From positions 71,052,001 to 71,116,000 of the forward strand of contig NC_043003.1 in NCBI RefSeq assembly GCF_006345805.1: a DNA stretch of 64,000 nt, given 5' to 3'. The notes under the pieces are model-generated. The model had not been told where the DNA came from. It searched no databases and saw only the letters and a list, made by a program, of their open reading frames with translations. This DNA comes from Octopus sinensis. Taxonomy: Eukaryota. Both the position numbers and the translations under genes were made by a program. Below, in pieces: positions 13,917 to 28,460 of this stretch; position 1 is the first letter of the stretch; each line of letters opens with the position of its first letter.

Positions 13917-14479
13917 CTGATGGACTATACCATTATTCAAAATAGTCGGGGTCAAGGCAGCTTTTTGTTGGAATTATAACAAATACGGGGATCTGTAGTA
14001 TTTTGGTTGCTGATGTTGTTTTTAGATGTGTTAGAGGATGTGTATGTATGTATCAATACATGTTTGTACGTATGCTATTCCTTTCCAGAAGTCAAGCCGG
14101 TCTGTAACAAAGTGACAAAGTCCTTTTGTTTAAAGTCAAGACAGTTTCGTGGTGGGGTTGTGGATATACATTTTTTTTTCGAACACATATGTATGTATGT
14201 GGATAAACTCGCACCCCTATAATAGTTTTGCATGTGATATTAGTACACACTTGTGTGCGTGTTTCACTGCCTGTTTATGTATGTATTTGTGTCTGTGTAT
14301 TCCATATGTATATGTTATTGTTTGCCATGTTCAAACCAGGAACCTCAAATGGAACGCTTTATCATACTACTAATCGATTATATTTGGAGAATTCGAATCA
14401 ATTTGCTTCATTTTTTCTTCTTGGAGAGCTGCAGAATTTCTTGGCTTTTATGTAAATCTGTTGTTACATAGCCCAGTCC

Positions 14480-14925
14480 ACATAATGAGTACAAATAAAA
14501 ATCTATACTCTTGATATAAGAACTGTAAATTTCTCATTTTTTCCTTTCCCCCGATTTTTGTTGAAACATTCACATGCACCAGGAAGCTGATTTCTACCAC
14601 AGTTCATATCTTTTGGTCCCATATCCCATAGAATAACATTAGCCCTATTATGTTTATACAGCGCTGCTGTTTTTGATGTTCTTATAGGGACGTACAGCCA
14701 CAAATCTTTGTTTTTAAAAGGTTTGGATATATTCAGGTTCTTGTGTACTTTTAGTATGGCCCATGGGACAATATTTTCTGTGGATAGCATTGCAGAGGGC
14801 TTTAGGGTTAATGCTGTTTCTTTCTTTGTTTCTGTTGTGAAACGTTCTAACCAGCTATTTATGCCGTGAACATTACTTCAATAAAGTTTAAGGTCGTCAG
14901 CAAAAAGGCGAGGTGACATATACCT
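14480..14925 (-). mobile_element. Highly degenerate CR1/L2-like RT fragment
   Basis: Minus strand reads SPRLFADDLKLY*SNVHGINSWL near 14860-14920; downstream similarity is weak. Confidence 0.45.
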
Positions 14926-15567
14926 ACGTACGTATGTATGTATCTATGTATGCGCATAGGAAAATGCTGGCGCAGATGCAATAATATTCCGTAATCATTA
15001 AACCTGGAAAATATAGGACAAGAGGATGCTTAAAAATAATACAGGTAACGTTGGAATTTCATTTTAAATACGATAGTTTTTGGGTGGGTTTGGGTGGGAA
15101 AAAGTAAGGAAAAGATTAAAGGGAAGACATGGGTACTTTCAGGAGCACGTGTGTAACGCCGTTGAATTTTAAAGGTAATTTTCAAAGTATAAAACAAAGT
15201 TTCTTGAAGCATTTTTACGGCCGCCTGTGCTCTGATTTCAAATCGTACTGAGGCCAACTTAGTCTTTTATCCTTTCAAGGTCAATAAAACAAAGTACTAG
15301 GAAAGAGCAATAAGTTGGCGGAATCGTTAGAGTATCGGATGAAATAGATAACTTGCAGAATTTGTTCCGGTTCATTGCGTTCTAAGTTTCTTATTTAGTA
15401 GGCTTAATCTCACTATATTGCATCCACTCGGGCTTGGTTTTTGGCCTGAAGATAACTTTTTCTCTTCCTTGTCTCATCACTGAGCCCCCCCCCCCCAAAA
15501 AAAAAGTATAAAGAAAAAAGGTCATCGGCAGTTCTTCGCTTCCTGACTAAAAGGCACTCACCATAAA

Positions 15568-15602
<35 letters not shown>

Positions 15603-17299
15603 AACTCTGCAATGAGTTCTATATCATTTGTACAACATGGAAAATATCCCACCAGCACTGCCCAGAGATGTTAGCATTAAGTTTAAAATTACGTAAGAAC
15701 TGGCTCTGTGCCATGCGTCCAGTTCAAAAGTCGAGTTCATCTCCCATTGTGATACATCTTTTTTCTACCTCAGCATTATCTGTTGTATTTAATTCTATTC
15801 AGAAACAAATGTAAAAATGGATTAAGACCTCATAACCTTCAAATGTTATCTGCACAAATAACCGATACCTGGATATGTTTTGGTCTACAACAATACAACA
15901 CAAAAATAGGTTACGGTGTCTCCAAATGACGTCAGCGGATGATGTTATTAAAGTTGACATGCCCCAGACCAATACTGGCCGAAATTCTGCATTTTTGTTC
16001 CTGCCTGTATTTATCTTAGACTGTTTCTCTGTGCCTCTCGTCTGTCTTTCTGTCTCCCCCTTCTCCCTCTTTATCTTTTAGTGTGGTTTTATTTGCCGAC
16101 TTCTCCTTCCTCTTATATATGTTTTCCTGCGACTAAACTCCCACTTATTCTTTCTCTTTGGCTGACACCTGACCTTTTACACACACTCTCTCTCTCTCTC
16201 TCTCTCTCTTTTTCGTTTTCACACTGTCTTCCTCTCAACCACTGTTTGCTTTTCTCTCCCTCTCTCTCTTTCTCTCTCTCTCTGACACATTGCTTCTGAT
16301 TTTCCGTCCCTCTCTCTCACACCCTGACTGTCTCCTCACTTGCTTTCACACTATTTGTCTCCTCGACTATCTCCCGTACATACACACACACACACAACAC
16401 ACACACTCTCTCTCTCTGTTTATGTGTTTCTCACGCATGTCTCTCCCTTGCTCACACACATCTTTCTTTCTCTCTCCGCATGTCTTTCTCTGAGACTGTC
16501 TCTCTAATCTCTCTTACATTCTTTACATTCTGTCTGACTGTTTTTGTTTCCGATTTCCACTGCCTCTCTCAAATCCACGACTTGGTCTCCTCTGTTCGAC
16601 AACTGACTGACATTCCTAGTGTAGGTTGGTTTGTTAGAATTTTAACTACCATTAAGCGTAAATACGGGGTGTGTCCGCTCATACACATACACACGCTCAC
16701 AAACACAAACACACATGAATGACTGAGTGCTTATATGTGTGCTGTTAAGTAGTTTAAGAAGGTATACCACTATCACCATTCCGCCGCTAAGCTACCACCT
16801 CCAACACCACAACCCCAACATTATCAGCAGCTGTAGGAACGACAACAGTTATACAGCACTTCATAGTTGATAATTTGTTTTATAGTTTTGTCACCCAGTT
16901 ACGAGACGAAGCTACTTTTTAAAAACTAGCTTGACATTCACGTAGTTTTTGATCACACCACGCTAGGTAAGTTTTTCTGCTTTTATATAAGAGTGACTGT
17001 CAAAAAAAGAAGCCCCTTAAAAAACGCTTGTAGATCTTTCCAACAGGGGTAAATTTAGGGCTGCACCACAATAGAATAGGTCTTAAATACGGTCTTCTAA
17101 ATTGGTGTATGTGAATGTCCGAGTGTTTATGTATGTTTATAATTTGTTTCTGTATTTGTATGTATGGTTTGTGTGTGTGCGCGCACATACACATATCATA
17201 CATACATACAAAATTATGTGTGCGTGTGTGAGTGTTTGTACACGCACACACATGCACTCACACACACATGCACTCACACACATATGTACACACACACAC

Positions 17300-18060
17300 A
17301 CAATTTTACTTGTTTCAGTTATTAACTGTGGCCATACTGGGGCACCACCTTGAAAGGTTTTAGTAAAACAAATAAACCCCACTACTTATTTTTTTCTCCT
17401 TAAGCCTGGTAATTATTCTATTGTTTTTTTTTTGTTGTTGTTGTTTTGCTGAACCGCTAGTTACAGAGAGTTAAACAAACTAACACCGGTTGTCAAGCGA
17501 TGGTGGGGACCTAAGCACAAAGCCCCCCACCACCACCACAAACACATACACGTATGACGGCTTCTCTTTCTGTCTACCGCATCTACTCACAAAGGCTTTG
17601 GTCAGCCTGCGGCTATAATAGGCGCTTGCCCAAGGTGCTACGCAGTGGGACTGAACCTGAAACCATGTGACTGGGAAGCAAACTCTTCACCACGCAGTCA
17701 CAATAAGTATCTTATCTTTTATTTTACTTGTTTCAGTCATCATCCTGCAGTCATGCTAGAGCACTGCTTTGAGGAATTTTAGTCGAACGAATCGACACCA
17801 GTACTTACTTTTTGCTAAAGCCCGGTACCTATTCTAACGCTGTGTTTTTTGCTGAACCGCTAGATTGCGGGGACGTGAACAAACCAACCCGGTTATCAAG
17901 CAGTGGTAGGGAACACACACACACAGACTTCTTTCAGTTTCCGTTCAGCAAAACATACTCACAAGGCTTTGGTCAACCTGAAACTATAGTGTAGAAGACA
18001 CTTATCCAAGGTATCACGCAGTGAGACTGAACTCAGAACCAAAGCAAACTTCTTACCATT
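17300..18060 (-). mobile_element. Two adjacent degenerate copies of a second tRNA-derived SINE family
   Basis: Both contain TTGTTTCAGT..., TTTTGCTGAACCGCTAG, CACAAGGCTTTGGTC and CCAAGGT..CACGCAGTG.GACTGAAC. The same family occurs at 54630-54780 and 62605-63200. Confidence 0.75.
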
Positions 18061-18065
18061 ACTAT

Positions 18066-18078
<13 letters not shown>

Positions 18079-18100
<22 letters not shown>

Positions 18101-18297
18101 GTCACCTCGTGTGTACCGTTGGCGATTTTTTCCTCTGTCTTCCCTTCTCTGGATCTTTCCTTCTCCTATGTTTCCGACGAAGAGCTCCGCTCGAAACGTT
18201 AAACCCTCCTTCTTTCCTGAGCGTCCAATAATACTATATTTGTTCCATGCCCTCGCGTTGTTGTGTTTTTTTTTGTGCTTTCTTGTTTAGATTAACT
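18079..18297 (+). mobile_element. Short non-coding element between (TA)n runs with a hammerhead-like fold (18170-18204)
   Basis: GTTT-CCGACGA-A-GAGC-TCC-GCTC-GAAA-CG-TT-AAAC. Near-identical copy at 47500-47703 (-); degenerate copy at 18540-18750. Confidence 0.72.
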
Positions 18298-18344
18298 TTA
18301 TATATATATATATATGTATGTATGTATATATATATATATATATA

Positions 18345-18529
18345 CAGGGTGAGCCAAAAGTCACTTGACAGTAAATCAAAATGTGTCGCTCAAGAAAGAC
18401 TTCAGTTTGAACAGTTTTCATGATGTTTCATATTTAGATGTTTTTATTAAATTCATTCGGTTCTTGAACAAATAGATCGTGGAATTAAATTGTTTTGATT
18501 TACTGTCAGGTGATTTTTGGCCGACCCTG
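18345..18529. mobile_element. Tc1/mariner-type MITE (185 bp)
   Basis: Imperfect ~37-bp TIRs CAGGGTGAGCCAAAAGTCACTTGACAGTAAATCAAAA / TTTTGATTTACTGTCAGGTGATTTTTGGCCGACCCTG; TA on the left side, no ORF. Confidence 0.82.
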
Positions 18530-19019
18530 TGTGTGTATGTGAACGCGTGTGTATCGTTGGCGATTTTTTTCCTCCGAGTTCCCTTCCTTGGATCTTTCCT
18601 TTTCCTTTTTTTCTTACAGAGAGCTCCGCTCGAAACGTTAAATCTTCCTTCTTTCTTTCCTTTCCTGAGCGTCCAATAACACTATACTTGTTCCTCGTCC
18701 TCGCGTTGTTGTGTTTTCTCTTTGTGTTTTCATGTTTGGATTAACTACTTTATATATATATATATATATATACATACAAAGCTGGTGTCAGTCATTTAAC
18801 TGTGGCCCTGCTAGTGCACCGACTTCTAAACAGTAGAACATAAAAAGCAGAGTATGTGTTACTGGTTATTCTTGATGTAATTTTGTGTGTGTTTTGTACT
18901 GTAGTCCCAACTCTTTTGAACGCTCAGTCTAATGGTATGCAGATGATCGGTCGAAAAAACAGACTACTCACAAAGCTATTTTTCCAGGTCCATTATTAAT
19001 CTTATTACAACACCAGATT

Positions 19020-21400
19020 TATGTCCCCAGGATTCACTGAAAGGGTGGGGAAAGATAATGAATCCTCAGACGATAATCAGGAACACCCCCGGAATGTACA
19101 AAGGATTTCTGATCAGTGAATGGATTATGTATGCGTCGGGGGTGGGGTGGGGGAGAAGGAATATTCATCGGACAAAGATGAGATGCACAGCTCAACCTGT
19201 GACTCAGGAGCAGCGCGCTGTGTATACAGATAAAATCTCAGAATTCTAGAGCCAGGACAAAATCCGCTGTGCCGAAGATATTCTTTGCGGTAATGGTATG
19301 GAAATTAAGTATATTTTTTCATTCACATTATATATCGGCACATCAATTCAGAAGGGCGATGTCCCTGAATAGCAGGTTGCCTGGAATATGGGAGTATGAT
19401 CTGGAAAGCGGGCGGGGAACAAGACCGTCTTGCATGTAATCTGGTCGGATTTGGCAAATGCTTATGGTCCTGCTCCCTATCACGCTATAGATTCTTTCCT
19501 GATGTACAGTGTTCCAAAGGAGATATGCAAAATGCTTGATGCGTTGTTGCGTTATTCAATGTATTTAAGATGCGCTTCAGCACCAGTGAATACACATCGA
19601 ATTGGAATAGAGTGAAAGTGGTAATCGCAATGAGATGTACATTGTCACCATTACTCTTTAATCTGGTGTGATGCAGGTGATTATCAGAGCTGCAGAAAGT
19701 CAGGTAAAACAGGGAAACTGAGCAGAGCATGTCAATTGCTGCTGCTTCAGGTTTCCTGGTCGATACTACTATCCTGGTATCCAAAGAAATTTTCTCACTC
19801 AGTTGGATAACCTTCAAACCTAAGAAGTCAAGAGCAAACTTAAGGAGTCCAGACGACTCTCTCTAAAAAAAATGGAAAGTGAGCCAAGTGACCAACTCCT
19901 AAAGAAATGACCAAAGAATCCTCCACACTATCAAAACAACCAGTGACAACTCTGGGAAGTGGCATGATGAAACTTTGAATGACACCAGAAATGAAAGAAT
20001 CTGCCCAAACAGCAGATGACGGTCTCAAGAAGATTGAGTGTTGCCCATTGCTGGAGAAATACATAATGTGGTGCCTCCAACATATGCTCATATCAATGCT
20101 GCAGTAACCATAACTTATGTATATGAAATTGCTACTGGTACAGTTGGGGCACTGAAGGCGAAAAATCAACAAATTCACCAGGAAATAGCTACGTGCACAT
20201 CCTAGACTTTCTCATGTCGTCCTATGCTGCGACAGGCAAAACTGAAGTTGTCACGTAAATCGAAAAGCATTCAAAACATGACTGTAGATAATGTTAGAAT
20301 GCTCCAAAGACAGAGCGATCAGATCAGTACAGCTTACACTGAAGACTAGCAGGAAATGAATGGTCCTCGATGCTGCAGCAGATGCCAAAGAAAACCACGC
20401 CCTTAAGGAAATCATTGGACTTACCCAGATATGGAGACAAAAACTAGGCACAAGCAAAATGCAACGGTAGTCAAAAACTTCGGGTGAGGGCCATTAAGAC
20501 TTGGTAATTCAGGAAGTAAGGTAAGAGGAGGACAAAAGGAGATACACAAAAGCTGTACAGCCGTCTCAGCAAAGAACTGAGACGAGTCATTGCAAAGGTT
20601 GCTTACATTGAATGGTGTGTGGAAGATGGCACCTCTCAGGCTGAGCTTCATTATACGATCCACATACGACCTGCTTCCACCAAAGGTCAACCTTGTGAAA
20701 TGGGGTAAAGTCGTTTCTGGAGCACGTGCTTTATTTCGGTAAGGTGGTCCTTGTCAATAGCAGATACACATAGAAACACAACAGAATGCTAGAAGAGCTA
20801 AAATATTCAATGGGGGCCTGAACCTACGAGCTCAGCCCAGATGTTTGTAACGGAAGGGAAAGAAGAAAAGTGATATGGGTTAAAAATAAAAATAAAAAAC
20901 ATGCCCAGGGATGAATTTACGCACGGACAAAATCTATTTGGATTTCAAAGAGAATTGGAAATATCTGCAGATTTCCAGACTGGCATGAAGAACTATCCAA
21001 ATTTCATCAGTATACAAAGGCAAATATCAGATATTGACCCATGATGCCAAAATCTTTGTCGAAATGACAATCCCTTTTGTCCCAGTAGATGAACAGTATA
21101 GATTTCATTTGAGGAAATATGATGACCTTATGAAAGAACTGACATAAGAAGGGGTACCACACCACAGTACAGACAGTGGATATTGTTGCACGAAAGTTTA
21201 CTGCAGTCTTAACGAACCAACTATCAGGTCAGTTCGGAATATGATCATCTGAATGTTCCGAGTTCAATCCCTATTAAATGTAGCATTTGATAAACCGCAG
21301 GACACCTAAGAGTCATGACCCAGGTTGGCTCAACTGCCTTAGAGTGTCAGGAATAAAAGGACCAAAATAGTTGACTGACAAGAGTCCTTCTTCTGAAGAT
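19020..21400 (+). mobile_element. Degenerate HERO-like (R2 superfamily, RLE) non-LTR retrotransposon
   Basis: Frameshifted motifs: LHVIWSDLANAYG, IAMRCTLSPLLFNL..MQVIIRAAE, FKPKKSR, KYIMWCLQHML, and an RLE-like VEMTIPF near 21060. Confidence 0.8.
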
Positions 21401-22063
21401 TTCTACTGTCCGTTCGCCCTCTAGCGAGTTCCCACTTACTATTTACATTTAAATTACATGCATACATACATCTAATCTATCTATCTATACTATAATGGAC
21501 AAAGCTGCTTATTAATTAGGTATGTAACAATTACTAAAAGTATTAAAAGAAAGCAATTATTAAAGGGTTGACTGTCTGGAAATATTTTTATAAACTCATG
21601 TTCTAAGAAATTACCTATAATTTCAATTTCTCAAGTTCCTTGTATTTTTTAAAACTCCAATTTCTCGCAAATCAAAATATTCATTGCATTCACTGAAGTG
21701 TATTCCATTTTCACTTTCTCTTTTAAGTTTTCATTCGCTATTTGGAAAACCGACAGTTTATTCTATTAATGTATACGTAATATATTATTTAGTGAATGAA
21801 AATTTTAAAAATACCCGTATAATTTTTGAACGTGGGATAGCTGTGAGAAGAGCCTAGAAATTTAAGTAATTACTATTAGAAGAAAAATGTTACCGATAAG
21901 TACTCGAGACTTGCACCTTATTCACAGTTTCCAAACACTGTACAACTAACCAATATATACACAAACAAGTTGCACGAGCGTCTTCAATAGTGACACACTC
22001 GCGCACATACATAGATACACACACATCCACAAATGAAAGGCAATGAATGTGTGTGTGTATGTA

Positions 22064-22109
<46 letters not shown>

Positions 22110-23628
22110 TGCTTGCTGTTCACTGACAAACTTCGTGCTGCATGACATTTTGTCGGTGAACAGGTCGCGGTTTCAAAACGAAGAAAATATTTTGACAAAT
22201 GAAATTTTAATGTTGAAATGAAGCTGATATTACTTAAATACGTACAAAATATTCTAAATGTACGCCCTGTGGATGTATAATGACACCCTAACCTCAACTA
22301 ACCCTATTCTTAACCCTAAAAACTAACTCTAAAAGTAACTCTCCTCTTCATATCGTTACGTAGATGCATCGAGACCTCTGCATTTAAGTAATGCCGTGAA
22401 ACTAACGGTTTCTGTGTGTTCTTGACTGATTTATATCTGCGCTGCAATTGTTTTTGTTTCAGTACACGATCTCAGATCAAGTCCCTTGCTATGCAGGTAC
22501 ATCTCTGTAATTTTTAAAATCACTGTGGATAAATGTCAGCAATGACCTTCTCAGGCTCTCCAATATTTTAATTTCTAAGCAGAAACAATTGGGGCAGGGA
22601 ATGGGGTTGCAAAAATTCATAATTTCTCAAATTTTCTTTTTTGTAGCATATAAATATATTTATGGGGAAAAAATATTTAAAAACATCAATACATGCGAGA
22701 GTGAAAAAGAAACGAGGAGGGTTGTCTTTGGATATGCTAAAAACAACGGCCAAATCGCCCTTAAATCACTCACTTTTCCCTATGAAAATAACAATTTATA
22801 AAAGTTTTTTTTACCGAAAATGTTCTTCACATGGTTTTGAAGTGCAAAAATATAGGCCCAAATAGGTCCGAAATGGGATGATGAAGGAGGGGGTGTAATA
22901 AAAGAGTTTACAAATTATTTTTCATACAAAGACGCCCCATGCCCCATCATTCCGATGGCTGTGGTTTAAAAAAATAAGGAAAAGCCCTGAAAAATTTTTC
23001 CCCACAAATTTCTTTATAATCGTAATCTATGTCGTTTGAAAGGGATTTGTATAAATCTCCTCTCCCCACTCACTCGGAAAAATTCTTTCTCATAAATCCT
23101 TATATACTATGAAGCCACAATATCTAAGCAGTATTTGTAGAAAATTTTGTTAAAAAGTAACCATTTTTCTGGATATCATGAAGCAACAAAGTCGGGGGCG
23201 TATACATCTGTAGTAACGCCCTTTTATTTATACGATGTTTTCATTTCATGTTTATTTCATTCATTGTTTGCAATGTTCTCTCACACATATTGCAAAGCTT
23301 ACTGAAAGACTGCTGAATTGAAATTTCTATCTTGCTCTGAGGGGAAGGTAAAACTTGACAAACTGCTTCCCTCTCTGTTGTTGGACTATCATGATATTTG
23401 TTTAAAAAAGTCAGATTATGACTGTGATAAAATTATGAAAGCAATTCTTAATAAAAATAATGAAAGCAATACTTACTAAGCCAGTGAGCACTATTATACA
23501 AAGAAATAATTAGACTAAAAATATAAAAGTTATTAGAATTGGGAATCAAATATGAAAATATTAAGTGGGTAGCAGAAAACCGTCCGGAGGATAGTCTTTC
23601 TGTTAGTATATATAATGCACATATCAGT

Positions 23629-24818
<1,190 letters not shown>

Positions 24819-25644
24819 CCTTACATATAATAAAATGTAGCTAGCATTATATATATGTGAACTATATACATACATGTATACATATATGTGTATATATATA
24901 TATTATATATTATTATATATATATAATATATAAGTGTATATATATATATATGTGTACCTCTAAGTGTATGTTTTACAGTGTCATTGCCTTGACATCAAGC
25001 TATAGTAGTAAGCGAGTGTCACTGTCATGCGAGAGGTAATCTTTGTTTTCAGTCTTTAAAGTGATCATGTTTGGGCATGATGAAATATTAATTTACCTAG
25101 AAAGAGGCTAGGGTTGGCGACGGAAAGGGCATCTGGCTGTACGAAATCTATCTGATCTATGTGAACATGGAAATGTTGATGTTTCTCTCACTCTCTCTCT
25201 CACTCTCTCTCTCTCACACACACACACATCACGTGAACGTTAAAGTTTTCTATTCAAGTGCTTCAATTCTGTGTATGTACATATATATTTACTCGATTGC
25301 TGACATTTATCAATGGTTTCTCCTATTGTTTTGATGCACCATTATCTGTCATTATTAGAACTGTCAGCATTTTTATGACACTGGTATGCTAGTATATATA
25401 TAAAACATGTTTCTATATCGTAACAGCCGTTTCCAGTCGTGCTTTTACATTGTGTAGAGAGAAAGGAGGACAGAGTAAAGGAGAGATACAAAGAGAGATA
25501 ACATGAAGTGTATTTGAGCGCACATAGTAGGTTTGGTGGCAGGCATTGAGTAAAGACACGGAACATTTACACAATAAAAAAAATAGAATCACAGAAACAT
25601 AGTAGGGGTATATATATATATATATATATATATACAACACTATG

Positions 25645-26955
25645 ACTGGGTGCTGAAACGACTGCTCAACCACTCAAATGTGGAAGTCATATATCTCGAC
25701 TTTGCAAAGGCCTTTGATAAAGTCGATCATGGAATGCTATGTCACAAACTGCGTGATCTTGGCATAGTTGGAAAATTGGGAGAATGGCTTCATGACTTTC
25801 TCAATGGTGCTATGTGGAATGATAATTAGCTAAGGCAATGAAAATTTGTGCACTATAGGCAAACCGTAGAAAGACTTGTGTAGGAAGAGGAGAATGGAGA
25901 GGAATGTTTATAGGGCATGCGTTGGTACTAATAATTGTGTGGTATAATAAAACATGTGAAATTCAGGTTTCTCAAATTTAGGTTACGGCATTCTTTCTAT
26001 AGAAAGCTGTTTTTTATTGAGTTAAATTTCACGAAGGAATGCTTTTAGTTAAATTCGTTGGTCACTCAAACTGAGGTTGAATTGATATTCTCTTAGATTT
26101 AAAAAAAAATTCTACGTGGGTGTTTTAGAAATAATAAAAACGGAGGAGTCATTTCGCTGTAAATAGTTACTGCATTTTTTCTTGTCTGTGTTTCGTGTGG
26201 TTTTTTGTATTTATTTATTATGCTATTGTAGGACAATGCATATAGGTAATTCCATTTTCATATACCCACAATATAATGGTTTTATTCTAGTTCTTCACGT
26301 CATCAAATCCGTTTGTTTGCTCTTACCACTAACACGCAAATAGTGAGCGGTGTTCCGCAGGGCACTGTTCTGGGACCACTACTGTTCATAATGGCCCTCT
26401 CAGACATGCCCTCAGCCACGCAGAGAGCCACGATCACAAGTTATGCAGATGATACAAAAGTTTCACAGGTAATACAGAACCCTGAAGACACTAAGCACCT
26501 GCAATGTGAGCTGGACAAAATATACAAGTGGGCTGAAAAGAATAGCATGCAGTTCAATGCTGAAAAGTTTCAAGCTCTATGCTATCAGCACGCAAAACTA
26601 AATGCAATACCCAATAAATACACTGGACCTGGAAGGACTGCAATCCCAGAGGCACAATCAGTGCGAGACCTGGGTATTTACATGAGTGATGATGCAACCT
26701 TTCAGGTGCATGTTGCTAAATTGGCAATGAAATGTAGGCGGCTGACCGGATGGATTCTTAGAACCTTCAGAACAAGAGACCAGGAAACTATGATGGTCCT
26801 CTGGAGGACACTTGTCCTAAGCCACTTTGACTATTGCTCTCAGCTATGGTCACCATCCAGTGTCAAGTTAATCACAGAACTTGAGGCGATCCAACGAAGC
26901 TACACGAAGAAGATAGCCTCTGTGCAGCATATAAGCTATTGGGAAAGACTTGACA
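25645..26955 (+). mobile_element. CR1-clade LINE RT fragment interrupted at 25804-26328
   Basis: VEVIYLDFAKAFDKVDHGMLCHKL (25680-25750), then ORF 26313-26972 with SGVPQGTVLGPLLF, YADDTK and HFDYCSQLWSP. Confidence 0.92.
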
Positions 26956-27092
26956 GCTGGTGTTTACGGTAAAAAAAAAAGATTGATAGAATAAGTAGCG
27001 AGCATTAAAAAAAAAATGAAAAGTACTGGAGTTGATTCATTCGACTTAAATCTTTCATGGCAGTGCCTCATCATACACACACACACACACAC

Positions 27093-27149
<57 letters not shown>

Positions 27150-27169
27150 ATATATATATATATTATATA

Positions 27170-27216
<47 letters not shown>

Positions 27217-27840
27217 TAATGCATACATATAAGAGTGTGCATTTGAAGATACAAGTAGATGGGCAGATGAGCAACTTAGATATGCATGCATGCATATATA
27301 TTATCATCATCATTAGGTGTCCCCTGCTCTTAGCAGAATTTCTGTTTGGGTCTTTTCTCTGCCATTTTCATATACCCACAATATATTGGTTTTATTCTAA
27401 TTCTTCACGTCATCAAATCCGTTTGTTTGCTCTTACCATGCGACGAAAATAATTTGGCTTCCTTTCTCTAACAGTTGAGAGTAATGATCATTTCCTAGTT
27501 GTAGCTGTTCTTCATTAGCTTTATGTTTTGTCTATTTCAAATGTCTGTAATTCAAAACCTAGTTTCACCAATAGAGTTTTCGTCAGTGTCCATGCTTCGA
27601 CATCATATAATAATGTGTACCATATGTACCATCTACACACATTTCTCTTGTGTTTATATATATATATATATATGTATTCCTCGATGTTAAAACTTTTGAT
27701 ATGTTTTAAAATGTTCTCTTTGCAATATTTAATCTTCGTCTCATTTCAGTTTCATATTTACCATTTTCAGATTGCATAAAAACGTGATCGACTATGTTTG
27801 AAATTTTTCTATTGGTGTTCATTTATGGTTATATTGATGT

Positions 27841-28177
27841 GAAGGCGCATGGCTCAGTGGTTTGAGCGTCGAGCTTACGATCGTGAGATTGTGAGCTCGA
27901 ATCCCGGACCGGGCTGCGTGTTGTGTTCTTGAGCAAGGCACTTTATTTCACGTTGCTCCAGTTCACTCAGCTGTAGAAATGAGTTGCGACGTCACTGGTG
28001 CCAAGCTGTATCGACCTTTGTCTTTCCCTTGGATAACACTGGTGGCGTGGAGACGGGAGGCTGGTATGCAGGGGCGACTGCTGGTCTTCCATATATAACC
28101 TCGGCCGGACTTGTGTCTAGGAGGGTAACTTTCTAGGTACAATCCCATGGTCTGTGTCGTGACCGAAGGGGGTCTCC
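27841..28177 (+). mobile_element. tRNA-derived SINE with a CORE-like central domain
   Basis: A box TGGCTCAGTGG and B box GCTCGAATCCC, followed by TTCTTGAGCAAGGCACTTTATTTCAC...CAGCTGTAGAAATG. Confidence 0.82.
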
Positions 28178-28194
28178 TCCGATGTTAAGAGGTG

Positions 28195-28460
28195 TTTCTT
28201 TCTTGCTGACTGCTTAGGTTTCGTCTTTCTAGTATTTATTTTCATTCCATCTGGTTCTCCCTTTTTATTGACTGCATTGGCCAATTGATGTACCCAGTGT
28301 TAATAATGCAGTAACATCGGCATTTCTCCAACTTCTTGGAATATATTTTGGATAAGTTAAAGAGACTGGAAGATAAGGCATATCATTGTCTCACTCCTTT
28401 CTTTATTTTGAACTCTAATTCAATTCCATGTTATTTTCTTTCTTCTGCTGTTTTCACCCC
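28195..28460 (-). mobile_element. Degenerate RTE RT fragment
   Basis: Minus strand reads ELEFKIKKGVRQ*YALSSSLFNL ... GMKINTRKTK. Confidence 0.65.

Noticed and set aside
22280-22340. CTAACCCT-like repeats
   Set aside because: Too short and degenerate to call an interstitial telomere.
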